64,000 nucleotides of DNA from the human T2T-CHM13v2.0 reference genome, Homo sapiens. Numbering within the stretch: position 1 is the first letter of the stretch; the number at the start of each line of letters is the position of its first letter. Below the pieces are notes generated by a model. It was given only the letters and a program-made list of their open reading frames with translations, was not told the origin of the DNA and did not search any database. Positions 1 through 13,155 of the stretch are shown here, one piece after another. The stretch lies in the NCBI RefSeq assembly GCF_009914755.1, contig NC_060929.1, one strand, 5' to 3'. A program made the position numbers and the translations under genes.

Positions 1-114
1 GCTTTTTAAAGATTACTTTAAATTTTCTATATAGGATGTTGATTATAGAGAAGAATTTTACTTTGTAAACTTTGTTTTCAGGAAAGTTAATTTATTTGAA
101 TTTTCTTTTTCTTA

Positions 115-414
115 AATGTTTCAATTTCAGTAACTTTAGGGGCACAAGTAGTTTTGGTTACATGGATGAATTCTACAGTGGTGAGGTATAGGATTTTGGT
201 GCGCCCATCCCCTGAATAGTGCACATTGTACCCCATAGGCAGTTTTTATCCCTCGCCCCCTCCGAGCCTCCTCACTTGGAGTTCCCATGTCCATTATACC
301 ACTCTATATGCCTTTGCGCACCAGTAGTTCAATGCCCACTCGTAAGTGAGACATATGGTATTTGGTTTTTGATTCCTGAGTTACTTCACTTAGAATAATG
401 ACCTCCAGTTCCAT
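115..414 (-). mobile_element. L1 3' end fragment (L1PB-like)
   Basis: Matches reverse-complement L1PB 3'UTR (ttggttacatggatgaatt...ttcctgagttacttcacttagaataatg). Confidence 0.8.
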
Positions 415-675
415 TTTCTTTAGATATTGATATATTTCATATGGTGAATATTATTCAAAAACAAGAGAGAATTTTTATAAATGGTGATCACATACCCATT
501 CTAGAGGAGTACATTTTTCAAGAAAAATTTTACTAAGAAAGAGTGAAGTCAAGGCTATCACATAAAGAGTAATTCAGGGTAATTTAAGAAAATGTCACTA
601 GAATTTACCAAAATTGGGGAAAATGGAGTCTACATGGTTTTATTTTAAGGTATAAAAGGAAATTTAAAAAGGGGA

Positions 676-1314
<639 letters not shown>

Positions 1315-1762
1315 GAGGGAAAATATCTTAAATTTAAAGCATTATCTGACACAAATTATTTCTCCTATTTTTAAAAGAATATTTAAATCTAAACAGGTTC
1401 TAATTTTAGCTGAAATAGTGCTTTCTATTTTGAAAGGAAAATATTTTTGGAAACTTATCTTTTAAAACAAAATTCTTGGAAACTTACTGGGCAAGAATCC
1501 TCTCATGCTCATATTTACAAATCTACCTAATCAGTAGTGCTAGCGCTACTCTGTTGTTTTCATTATAATAGTCTACTTTTAAGGGTTTTCCTGTATTTTT
1601 TTCTTCCTTCCTGCAATATTTCAAAGAAAAATGGGTTAATCATTATTCGTAAGAAAAAACTTCTGATTCTATACTGTATATTAAGCTATTCATCACGTGA
1701 CTTCCATTTCTGAAACAAATTACATATATATATACTGAGAAAAAAATGTCATCCTTAGGTGC

Positions 1763-2127
1763 TGATATGGTTTGGATTTGTGTTCCCAGCCAAATCTCAT
1801 GTCAAATTGTAATCCCAATGTTGGAGGAAGGGCCTGTTTGGAGGTGATTGGATCATGGGGGCAGATTTACCCCTTGCTGTTCTCCTGATAATGAGTTCGC
1901 ACAAGAACTGGATGTCTAAAAATGTGTAGTACCTCCCACTTCACTCTTTTCCTTCCTTCTCTAGCCATGTAAGAGGTATCTGCTTTTTGCCATGCTTGTC
2001 AGTTTCCTGAGGCTTCTCCAGCCATACTTCCTGTACAGCCTGCAGAACTGTGAATTAAACCTCTTGTCTTTATAAATTACCCAGTCTAAGGTAGTTCTTT
2101 ATGGTAATGCTAGAATGGGCTAATATA
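1763..2127 (+). mobile_element. MaLR solo LTR (MSTA-like)
   Basis: Starts tgatatggtttggatttgtg, ends gggctaatata; 5-bp duplication ggtgc/ggcgc. Confidence 0.88.
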
Positions 2128-2243
2128 GGCGCAGTGGTGTATGCCTGTAGTCCCAGCTGCTTGGGAGGCTGAGGCAGAAGTATTGCTTGAGCCCAGGAAT
2201 TGTACCTAGGAAACACTGTGAGACTCCATCTCTGAAAAAAAAA
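2128..2243 (+). mobile_element. Alu monomer (FLAM/FAM-like), 5' tip split by the MST LTR
   Basis: ggcgcagtggtgtatgcctgtagtcccagc...agactccatctctgaaaaaaaaa; aaaaaatgtcaYc on both sides of the composite (1741 and ~2238). Confidence 0.8.
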
Positions 2244-2662
2244 TGTCACCTTTAAGAAAGGGTTTAAATGTTAATGTTTCAGATGGTTTCTCCAAATCAT
2301 TAAAATCAACCACAAATGTTGCAAAAATGTTAAAGTGACAAATAATATATCATTACAAACTTACAAGCATGGCAAAAAGCAGGTATGTCTTAGATGGATA
2401 ACAAAGAAAAAATTCAACAGCCTACTATTGTTACAATTGTTGAGGCAAATATTTGTATTAAAGCACCTAAAAACTTTGCTGCACTTATAAGCAACAGATG
2501 CATTAAAAGTATAGATCTAGATGGTTTTCAAAACTTAAACATAACAATTTGAAAAGGCACAGCTGTATTCAATTTTAGTTATAGACATGCCTTGTTATAA
2601 TAATTAATATTTCCTAAATGTTTTCCTCTAGAAAAGTATTTTTAACATGTTACAATGGTTAC

Positions 2663-2793
2663 CTGTCATTTATGATCCAGTTCAGACAGAGATTGAGAGA
2701 GCTAAGATTTTTGCACCTCTTGACAATTTCCATCACGGTTTCATTATCCAGTTCAGTGATATGACGTAGGTCCAAGCTGGAAAGGTTTCTTAG
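2663..2793 (-). CDS. FBXL17: FBXL17 internal coding exon, 131 nt, phase 0-2 (probably exon 6), LRR region
   Basis: Minus strand reads ttatctcattag|CTAAGAAAC...AATGACAG|gtaacc; translates LRNLSSLDLRHITELDNETVMEIVKRCKNLSSLNLCLNWIIND(R) with two LxxLxL leucine-rich-repeat motifs. Confidence 0.96.
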
Positions 2794-3035
2794 CTAATGA
2801 GATAAATAAAATGAAAGATGAAAAAGGTAAATGCTACATTCACTCTCAAAACTTACAAATGTAGTTTATTACAAGGTAGAGTATCACTGTAAAATATTTA
2901 AAACAGATAGGCTAGAATCTTTTAATTAAAGATATTGTATATGTAATATTTTATACACTAAATTAAGCATGAGTGTAGTATAGAAATCTATGGTGAATAT
3001 CTGAATGGCAACAAACATTAAAAGAAAGTAGATTT

Positions 3036-3335
3036 GGCCAGGCGCGGTGGCTCACATCTGTAATCCCAGCACTTTGGGAAGCTGAGGCGGGTGGATCACG
3101 AGGTAAGGAGATCAAGACCATCTTGGCCAACATGGTGAAACCCCATCTCTACTAAAATACAAAAAATTAGCTGGGCGTAGTGGTGCATCCCTGTAATCCC
3201 AGCTACTTGGGAGGCTGAGGCAGGGGAATTCTTGAACCCGGGAGGCAGAGGTTGCAGTGAGCCCAGATCGCATCACTGCACTCCAGCCTGGCAACAGAGT
3301 GAGACTGCGTATCAAAAAAAGAAAAAAAAAAAAAA
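3036..3335 (+). mobile_element. AluS (Sc-like), antisense to FBXL17
   Basis: Full dimeric Alu with target-site duplication aaaagaaagtagattt on both sides. Confidence 0.95.
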
Positions 3336-3857
3336 GAAAGTAGATTTTACTTAAGTATCCTAAAAATCAAGTTAGCAATCTATTGTCTAATAGGTAGGCA
3401 AGGTATTGAATATATTACATTAAGTACCTACAATTTGAGAAGATTATTCTAACATTGTTCAATTTCAGATATTACCTTCATAATTATGCCATTTCTGTAT
3501 AGATTTTTTTATTTTTTTAAAGATGAAATATGACTAAATGGTTAATTCAGAGATAGCTTGGTGATATATTATCAATGTACTCCAAACTGTACTATTATGG
3601 GTATGTGTTTCATCATAAAATGATATAAAATGTGGCTTAAGAAGCAAAAATTTCTCCAGGTTCCACCTTCTCCATGTTTTCATTTTCTATTTCTTTAAGT
3701 TTCTTGTCTTCCGCTGATGTTTAGCCTCTAAAGCAAATTAATGATAATATTTACATAAAGGTGGTAGGATCTTAATTATCCTCTTCAAATAAGCTACCTT
3801 TTCAAATATTAAGCTATTTTTGCTTAATAATATGCAAAACTTAATCTGGAGGCATAT

Positions 3858-4420
3858 GATAGACCAAATAACACAAATACCCCTCCCACCAAAGATACCT
3901 ATGCTCTAATATGTTACCTTATAAGGCAAAGGGGATTTTGCAGATGTGATTAAAGGTATGGATCTCAAGATGGGGAGATTATCCCAGGTTATCTGAGTAG
4001 TCCCAGTGTAATCACTGGAGACCCTTATAAGCACAGGCTTACTCAGAGAAAGCCAGAGAGATGAAATGGAAGATAACAGGAGATGTTTCAATCATGAAAG
4101 GGATTCAAGCTACCTTTACTAGCTTCAAATATTGAGGAAGGGGCCAGGAGTCAAGGAACATGGGCAGCTTTAGAGTTGGAAACAGCCCTCAGCTGCCAGC
4201 CGGGAAGAGATAAGGACCTCAGACTTACAACCTTAAGGAATTTAATTCTGCCAAAAAACCTGTAGGAGTGAGCAAGAAAACAGATGCTCCCTTCAGAAAC
4301 ACAATCCAGCTGACACCTTGAATTTAGCCTGGTGAGACCTGTGTCAGACAGGCTTCTAACTTACAGAATAGTGAAATAATAAACTGGTACTGTTTTAAGT
4401 TGCTAAGCATGTGAGAATTT
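3858..4420 (+). mobile_element. MLT1 (D/E-like) MaLR LTR
   Basis: atgttaccttataaggcaaaggggattttgcagatgtgattaa...tgttttaagttgctaag, typical MLT1 blocks. Confidence 0.78.
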
Positions 4421-4467
4421 AAGTCAGTTCAGCTTAAACTCCAAGAGAAGACTAGACACTTGAATCT

Positions 4468-4660
4468 CCAATGAAAATGTTCTATATTTCTGCTGTCTGA
4501 TATAGTAATCACTAATCACTTGTACCTACTGAGCACCTAAAATGTGACCAGTGTGACAGGGGACCTGAACTTTTAATTTTATTTAATTTTAATTAATTTG
4601 TATTTAATTTTTATATCTGCATGTGGCTAACAGCTACAGTGTTGGTGGACAGGACAGCTC
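4468..4660. mobile_element. MER3-like hAT-Charlie DNA transposon
   Basis: aatgaaaatgttctatat...tgagcacctaaaatgtgaccagtgtgac...ttttaattttatttaattttaattaattt. Confidence 0.7.
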
Positions 4661-5659
4661 AAAAGAATGGTCATTGGGAGGGTAGGAGGTAAATTGCCAG
4701 GCAGTACTCACACTCTTTCCACCTCAGCTCCCAATGGGAGAAGCTATACAGAGAGAGTTCATAGAGTCACTACTCAATGCTCTCTGAAGCATGCTGCCCA
4801 ACTATGGAGATAAATAGAGATAGCTGCGACAGATAAAACACAAAAAGGTCCACAACAGCAGGTAAATTCTTTCTAACTGAGACAGAAAGTGTATGTACCA
4901 GCTTCTTCTAAGGGCTAGGTTGTAGGCATTAGTAAAGGCAGAGCTTCAGGAAAAGCTCTCTGCAATTGGCTTATCAGGTAAGATGTTCAAGGAAGTCACG
5001 TCCAGTCTAGTATGGGACTCAGCAAAATGATGCTCCAGAACAGAGGCAGGTCAAGCAAAGAAATGGGTTCTTACAAAGTTCCTATTCAATAACCACAGGT
5101 TAAGGGTTTTAGCAACATCAGAACATAACTGGTACTTGGCAACCAAAGCACACAGGAACGGACTCATTCTTGTTAAAACAGACCTTTCTGGCTGTCTCAG
5201 CAGCTTCAGGCAACTGACCAGTCAGAACCTTGGTCAACTCCCTCAGTTTCCCCTTCCTCAAGGTTCACCTTACTGAAATAATTATAATCAATACTAAGCC
5301 CAGGGCTCAAAGGTGAGCTGTTTGGGCTCTAAAGTTCTGCTGCAAACATAGCGCCTGTTTCCTATATCTTACCTCTCATTGCAGCTTTTTTTTTAAGTAT
5401 CTAAAGGTACATAAAAAAGACAGACAAATAAAATACAAAATAAATAGCAAATAAGTTTCTATAACTTTTCTGACCTCACTAGAATTCACCTAAGGGAACA
5501 AAGGGCTGATATGAACGCTCTTTGCTGTGCTTTCTTCCTTTCCAATATGTGATCTGCATGTGGTGGGCACAGAAATTGAAATCACCCACAGTCATGGCTG
5601 GGCTTGGAGCAAAATGGAAGGCCAACATCTTTTATGAACAGGAGACACCAGAAGGATAG

Positions 5660-5832
5660 ATGGCTATGTACATTTATCAACTCACTAGTTCTGTGGGTCA
5701 GGAGACCAGACATGGCTTAGCTGTGTCCTCTGCCTAGGGTTTCGCAAGGCAATCAAGATCTCAACTGGGGCTGTATTTCTTTCTAGAGCTGAAGTTCTCT
5801 TACAAGCTCATGTAGTTGCTGGAAGAATTCAT
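5660..5832 (-). mobile_element. MLT1 LTR fragment
   Basis: ctcactagttctgtgggtcaggag...catggcttagctg...gttgctggaagaattca. Confidence 0.65.
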
Positions 5833-5833
5833 A

Positions 5834-5884
5834 GGATGGGATGGGATGGGATGGGATGGGATGGGATGGGATGGGATGGGATGG
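5834..5884 (+). repeat. (GGATG)n pentanucleotide microsatellite, ~10 perfect units
   Basis: Read directly. Confidence 0.97.
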
Positions 5885-6064
5885 CAATAAAATGAAAGAG
5901 ACAATGGTAATGAAAAAAAGCACAAGTCTCAGACTCAGTGTTTTTTTGTTGTTATTTTTCATGAGAGGAAGGAAAATAATAGTCTGAAAGCAGCTATGCA
6001 GAGCAAAGAGGATCTTTGCCCCCACCTCCTGACCCTGAGAGAAACACAGTGAGAAAATAAACAG

Positions 6065-6660
6065 GTATGGTAGGCAAAATTCTAAGATGATCCCAATGGC
6101 CTATGCTCTATCATAATCCCTGCCCCCTTGAGTGTGGACAGGACCCACGATTAGGATGGAAATTCTCCTTACACAGCAAAGAGATTTAGCAGCTATAATT
6201 ATGGTTCCTGATTAGTTGACACTGAATGAATCAAAAGGGAAAGTATCCTAGGTGGGCCTGACATAATCAGTTAAGCCCTTACAAAGGATCTAGAGGTCTG
6301 AGAAATTATCCTGCTTGGTCCTGAAGAACTAAGCAACTGTGCTGTGAAAAAGACTATGAGAGCCTTCTGGGGATTGGCCACTGGCTGAGGGCCAGCAAGA
6401 AAATAAGGGTGTTAGTTCTACAACCACGAGGAACTGAATTCTTCAAGCCACTACATGAGCTTGTAAGAAGACTTGAGCTTTAGAAAGAAATACAGCCCCA
6501 GTTGAGATCTTGATTGCCTTGTGAAACCCCAGGCAGAGGACACAGCTAAGCTATGTCTGTCTGGTCTTCTGACCCACAGAACTAGTGAGATGATAAATGT
6601 ACATTGTTTTAAGCTGCTAAACTTGTAGTAATTTGTTGTGTATCAGTAGAAAACAAATGC
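6065..6660 (+). mobile_element. MLT1 (E/F-like) MaLR LTR
   Basis: tggtaggcaaaattctaagatg...ttgttttaagctgctaaacttgtagtaatttgtt...gtagaaaacaaatgca. Confidence 0.78.
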
Positions 6661-7869
6661 AGGAGGGCTGCGGTGACGTTGTATTGCTGAAGAAAAGCCA
6701 GGCTTCACTCAAGACAAGGGGAATATCCTTGCCCACTTTAAATGCTGAAGCTCTCTGTCCCTCTTCAGATACTTATGCTCACAAAAGCACAGAGTGAGAG
6801 GCTTAGTCCATTCAGTCTTCTCCTCTAGGCTTGTCTTCAGCTTCCAAGAAAATACTTCCTAGAAAACAGTCAGTTTTGATGTGGCCACTCTTGTCAGAAG
6901 AAAGAGAAATAGAGAGAGACAGAGAGTCTGAGAAAGAGACAGACAGAGATATCTAGAAAGTGGGGAGGTCTTCCTAAATTTCTTAAACCAACCCTTACTC
7001 ATGGGAAGATGGGTTTAATGGAAACACTTTATGAAAATACTTGCACAGCTTCTGGCTTTTACTCAATTCATACTTGTCAATAGTCACATGCTTCCATATA
7101 TATCTTAACACAGGTTAACTGTCTTTTTATGTTCCCTAAAGTTTTATTTTTCACAAGATTTTGCATTAGGGCTAGATAGGTGGATAAAATGGTTTCACTG
7201 GTCAAGTTCTCTTGTTTTTGATTGAGCAAAGATGAATTTGTATGTGTCAAGGATCTGAGTCACTCTTAAATTTGATAATCCTCATATTACTGTCCCCCAC
7301 ACTTCTATTTTCTACCTAAAAATCACCATTTTTTTAAACCACATTGTCTTTACAGCTAGCTTTCTTTATAGGGCGTTTTTGATCTCCACACCCAAAAAGT
7401 TTTTATCACTGTTGGAAATATACTGTTCTGTAACATGTAAAAAGAACCAGACAGCCCTTGAGAACTGCAGATGCTGGGCAGCTTTCTGGGCTCATGTGCT
7501 GACAGCAGCCCCATGTTGGTATCACAGGAAAATAAGAAATAAACTACATTAAATGGACCCATAGGGCTGCCTGTAAATACTTTGACATATGACTCTTAAA
7601 CCTATAAACATTAAGGATTAATTTTGCTACTTGTAGCTATATGCATATGTGAACTACTGAATAGAACCATGCAAAATACACATATAGCATGACTTTATTT
7701 TCCCAATTTATCCTTTACCATAGTTTCTAGGAAGATTCGAAGTCACAAAAATTTTATCCAGCTACATAAATATCTCCTACACATGCATATTTGGGGTTCT
7801 AGCACAGCTTCTGACACAGAGTTTCTATGTGAATTCTTACCCATCTCTTGCCTTCCTTCATTGTAATGT

Positions 7870-7976
7870 TATCTCTCCATCACAACAGTTTAAATGTACT
7901 TAATGCCACTAAACTGTACATTTTACATGGTTAAAATAGCACATTCTATGTTATGTACATTTTACCACAATAAAAA
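7870..7976 (+). mobile_element. Old L1M 3' terminal fragment
   Basis: aatgtacttaatgccactaaactgtaca...atggttaaaat...ttttaccacaataaaaa. Confidence 0.7.
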
Positions 7977-9115
7977 TATCACATATCAACAAGAAGATGG
8001 TGAGAGCATATAATAAAAATTGTGTAGAGAAGAAAATATAAAGCTGCTTGTGCCAGTTCAGTCCTTCATCATAGGAAAGATAACTGAGTGTCAACAAGGC
8101 TGGGATAACTTATCAAATTGCAGATACTTGATAGAGAGATGTTGGCAAATCTGAGCTATTTTATAGACTTGTGAAAATCCAAAAATATCTAAAATTTGAG
8201 TTCTATTTGACTCTTGAACTTTTAGAAAGCTTGCATCCAGGCCTACTCCTCACAATAAGGTAGACTAGATGACGGATGACACTGGGATACTTGTGACTCT
8301 TACTGCCTGTATGTACTGTCCATAAATAAAACATTTCTCACTCTTCCAGTGGAGCACAAATGTATACATGAAGAAACAGGTTTACTTGAGCTCTTATGCT
8401 CCAGGCTTCTACAGCAACCTTAAAGAGTATTTTACTTTTCTTTTTTCATGAGCTGACAGTCACTGCATTCACATGGCCTTCCCTATAACCACTTTGGCCA
8501 ACTCAACTTGAAATATGACAGTATCCAAAGGCAGTTCCAAGAGACGAATCCCCAGTAACCAGCATCATTACAAGACACAAAACTAGCACTTCTAAGAGAT
8601 GTGGCATTTTTATTCAAAACTGCACAAACAGTTCTGTCAAATTCATCACATTCCTTCCTTCACTATGGGAATTTCATAATGGTGCCCCCAGTGTTTCATA
8701 AAAAGCTACATAAAATAATCCTTCATAGTCTCAAACAGATAATTACATTTAGGAAACTGACATTTTAATTAAACTTACTTTCCTTATAATTCACTGGTAG
8801 TTGTGAGTTTTAAAAATCACAGAGGATTTGAATAAGCAAAGCCTTACAATCAAGATCTAAATGTTTCACTCCAATTTTTAAATATTTAGTAAGGTATTTT
8901 AACAGAAACCCAAGTCAGAATGTAGAATGTAGGTAATCATCTTTCAGTTTAATACTGCTTTTATTAGAAAAAAAGTGACATCTAATTAATTCATGTTAAA
9001 GACTAAAATTAGTCAATGATTGGTATGGCCATGTATGTACTTAAATATAAAATGAGACACTAAAATGTTACCTAGGAAACATAAGCTTGGTGGATTATCG
9101 AAAGACCTCAAATGG

Positions 9116-9423
<308 letters not shown>

Positions 9424-11334
9424 TCAATTGTAAAGACTGACTGAAGTGGATGAATTAACGAAAGAGGACTCACATTACCTTAGCAAAGGCAGCATGGATG
9501 TTCTATCACTTCAGGACTCTGAGGATAATTTAAGTGACACAAGTTGGAAGTGTTAATTTTTAAAAATAATGAAAACTTCTATATAGTTAAATATGTTCAA
9601 ATGTCAATTAGTACCTAAATTAGTTCTTGCCAGTACTGCACATATTGACTTTATTGGACCAGGTTTCTAAGTAATTGTAATGTTTAGGGAGCAAAGTCAA
9701 GGGTTAAGACAGGCTGCCTTGCTGATGAAGGGGTTGCTGGGCATAGATTAGCACGACACACTAATCCGCCAAACAGCTGTCAGGCTCTCAAGATGGAGAC
9801 CAAGGGAGATCCTAAAGGCAGAGGAAGAGAGAAGGGTCAGAGAAAGGCAGTTATAAGAAAACTGGGAAGAGCTTCCTATTAAAGACAGGGAGAGTGACTC
9901 AAGGAGAAAGGGAAAGGGGTGGTAGCAATAGATCTTGAAGTATAAAAGTAGAAAAAAAGTAAAGAAACTAAGACTGCTGGGAATGAAAAGAAAAGGGGCA
10001 GGGAGAATTTCTGTTCCCAAGCCTAGAAAGACTTCCATCCTTGAGAAGGTCTGTTATCTACACTTAGAGAAGGACTTGGTTGGACAAGGGAGGGAACAAG
10101 GGGTATGACTAACTAGGCTGGAATCTCAGCTAGGGTATTAAAATGTAATAAAAATCTAAATAAGCCACATTCATTTTGGACATCAGGCAAATCCTTCCCA
10201 GCATCTGAGGGTAGAACTGAAAGGCTCTAAATAGCCTTAAAGCTTCACAGAGACAATAGCAATTGCTAGTACTATGAAAATAGGACTTACAGGGTCTTGG
10301 AATTAATAGTAGCTATGATCTTAATTCTCAGGCACCTTCTCTATGTATTCTCTTTCACCCACTGCCTTCTTAATCACACTGGGCTTTTGTCTCTTTGCAT
10401 TATTTTCAAATCCAAGGTGTGGTTTTGCCATTCTCCTACTAGATCTGACATTATTCTCCATTTTATTCATTCTGTTTTGCTTTCTAGGACATTTTACGGC
10501 CCGCTTCTCCTCAAAGCTGTCCCTTCTAACTCCTTTTTGCCACATCACTAGCCAGATTAATCTTCTTGAAACAACTTTGATCAAATCTCCCACCTTCTCC
10601 AAAGCCTTTAGGGAACAAAAATATTTCTGCTGCAAAAAGGAATCCCAGAGCTTCCCTATCAAGGCCCTCCATTGTCCATCCCTACCATTCCCTGAAATCT
10701 GTTAAGCCAACTGGGATCTCTTTCCCCAGATTTTGAGAAGTTGTTCTCACTACGCTCGGTGAACTGTGCTTATTATTTTAAAACTGCTCTCACTTCACTT
10801 ATGTTATTCTGATAACTTAGAAGTATCTGTTCTCCTCTCCCTTCCTCTTATTCCACTACCTGGTTCAAATCTCATCTTCTCCACAAAGTCTTTTTGATTA
10901 ATATAGAGAGGAAAAAAAAAAGTCTTCGAAATATACTTGCCTTAATGCAAATTATTAACTAGGCAGTTCCCAACATATCTATGCTCTTTAAATGGGGAAT
11001 CATTAATTGGCAACAGCCGCCAAGGAACCAGGTAACAATCTTTCCTTCCTGCTACAACTACTTAGGAATGCCCTCTTTGACTTCTCCGTCTCTTCACCCT
11101 CCCTTCCCTGAACGCTTCCTTCTCCCCTTCTAGCCTTTCCTAGACTGTGCTGCTCAGGATCAATCTCTCATCACAAACATCTGAAATCTAATCTTAATGC
11201 TTGGCCTAATCTGAGTCTCTGAGGTAGCAGTTGTGGTGACTCTTGATTCATTCATTCACATTCATTTAAATGTTTCCTGAGCACCTGGCTCTAACCTTGG
11301 CTCCAAGTTAGGATAACCAGCGAACATAAAAAAG

Positions 11335-11458
11335 AAGATTGACGGCCAGGCCCCATACTTAGAGATTTTGATTTAATTGTCTTGGAACAGGGCGAGCCTT
11401 CAGTATTTCTGAAAAAGATACCCAGTTGATCTCAACCTGGACTGGTAACCACTGCTCT
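11335..11458. mobile_element. MER5A-like fragment
   Basis: ggccccatacttagagattttgatttaattg...cccagttgatctc...aaccactgctct. Confidence 0.6.
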
Positions 11459-11557
11459 GGTGCAGCATAATTGATTTTTAAAAATCCAGTTACTGAAAGT
11501 ACAAAAATAATTTGTAAAGCTTAGTCTCTTTAATCACTTAAAAAATGCAAAAAGTAT

Positions 11558-12560
11558 TATTCATGTAGTCAATAACTATTGATTAAGCAGCTATTGTGTA
11601 CCAGGAACTTCTCCAGCTGATAAAAATACAGCAGAGAACAAAAAAGCAAAAATCTCAGTCCATAGAATGGTTATATTCCTAGCTAGGGGGTTGGAGGGGG
11701 CAATAAATAAAATAAATAAACAAATATGTTAAAAGGTGTTAAGTACTATAGAGAAAAATAAAGCAAGACAAGCTGGATGGAAAAGAGAGGGAGGGAAGAT
11801 GGGTGTAATTTTAAACAGGCAGTCAAGGATGATCTTACTGAAAAGATGATATTTGCGCAAAGATTTAAAGGAAATGAAGGAGCAAACAAAGCCAGGCTGA
11901 TATCTGGGGCAAGAGTTAGGACAGTGCAAAGGCCCTGAGATGGAAACTGTCCCAGCACTTTGGAAGATGAGTAAGGTGCTGCAGCAGAGTGAATGGAATG
12001 AAGACTAGCAGGAGACATGGTCAAAGAGGAGATCTAAGAAGGACAGATCACATAGGGTCTTGTGGGTCCTGTAAGGATTTTAGCTTTTGCTCTGAGAAAT
12101 TTGGGGAACCTCTGGAGGATTTTGAACAGGAGTGTACCATGTTCTAATTTAGTTTTGAAATGATCACCCAAGCTTCTGTGTTGAATTCAGAACATAGATC
12201 CAAGGGTGGAAGCAGACAGAAGCTATATTGAATTAATCCAGTCAAGAGTTATCAGTGACTTGGACCACTGTGACAGCAGTTGGAGGTGGTATGAAGTGAT
12301 TTTGGCTATACAGTATTTGAAAGTAGAATCAACAGAATTTTTTGACAAATATCTTATGGGGCACGAGAGAAAAAGAGGAGTCAAGGACCATTCCAAGAGT
12401 TTTGGTTTGAGCAATCAGAAAATATTGTTGCAACTAACAAAGACAATTTGGGGGCAGGCAGAAAAGATAGTTTTGTTTTGAATATGCTATGCTTGAGATG
12501 CCTAGATAACCAAGTAGAGATGTCAAATAAATTTAGGAGCCAGCAGCACATAAATGACAT
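11558..12560 (-). mobile_element. L2 (L2a-like) ~1 kb fragment
   Basis: Reverse-complement L2 3' end followed by typical purine-rich L2 body (tgcaaaggccctgag, ggaggattttgaacagg, ttgagatgccta). Confidence 0.78.
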
Positions 12561-13024
12561 TTACGCCTCTACATTTAATATATAATTGTATTAATTATAT
12601 ATAAATGTGTTAAATTCATTAAGTTAGCTAGGTAGAAAGAGTAGTCTTACAATTTATAGTGAATAAATTCTGAATTAATTGATTGAATTAATGTGCAGGC
12701 ATACATCTCACAGTAATAAAATAGAACACAAACAGCCTAGCCCAATTCTTTAAAAAACAAAACAAAACAAACAAAAAAAAAACGCTTATAGCAATAGTGT
12801 CCCCCAGGCCATGTGAGGCAGTTACAAGGCAGAATTCATTTCCTTAGTCTGTAACAGCATAATTCAGCCTTCTCAGCCCCAGTGTATGTCCTCTGTAAAG
12901 CTACCTGGGATGCCAGCATTCAGAGCAGGAGACTCTGCCCTCTGTACACCCACTGATGTTGCTCACTCTTTCACCATGTTGTTAACCAAGCTGCTTTATA
13001 ATCTGGTCTAATTTAAGCATATGT

Positions 13025-13155
13025 TCCTTCCACTAGAGTCAAAAGGAAGCTACTGCAGGTCAGGACCATGTCTTACTCACTTTTGTGTCACCAGTGCTTA
13101 ACACAGTACTAGGTGCATTAAAAACATTTATTAAATGCTTAGAACTGAATGAGTA
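13025..13155 (+). mobile_element. L2 3' end
   Basis: caggaccatgtcttactcacttttgtgtcaccagtgcttaacacagt...aaatgcttagaactgaatga. Confidence 0.6.

Noticed and set aside
1693-1701. TCACGTGAC E-box (also TGACGTCA near 45585 and a CTCF-like motif near 50975)
   Set aside because: Isolated short motifs, expected by chance, two of them inside old repeats; no CpG island or promoter context.
10297-10705. Three overlapping 84-120 aa ORFs in non-repeat DNA
   Set aside because: Compositionally biased pyrimidine-rich sequence, no recognisable domain, and no support from splice signals.
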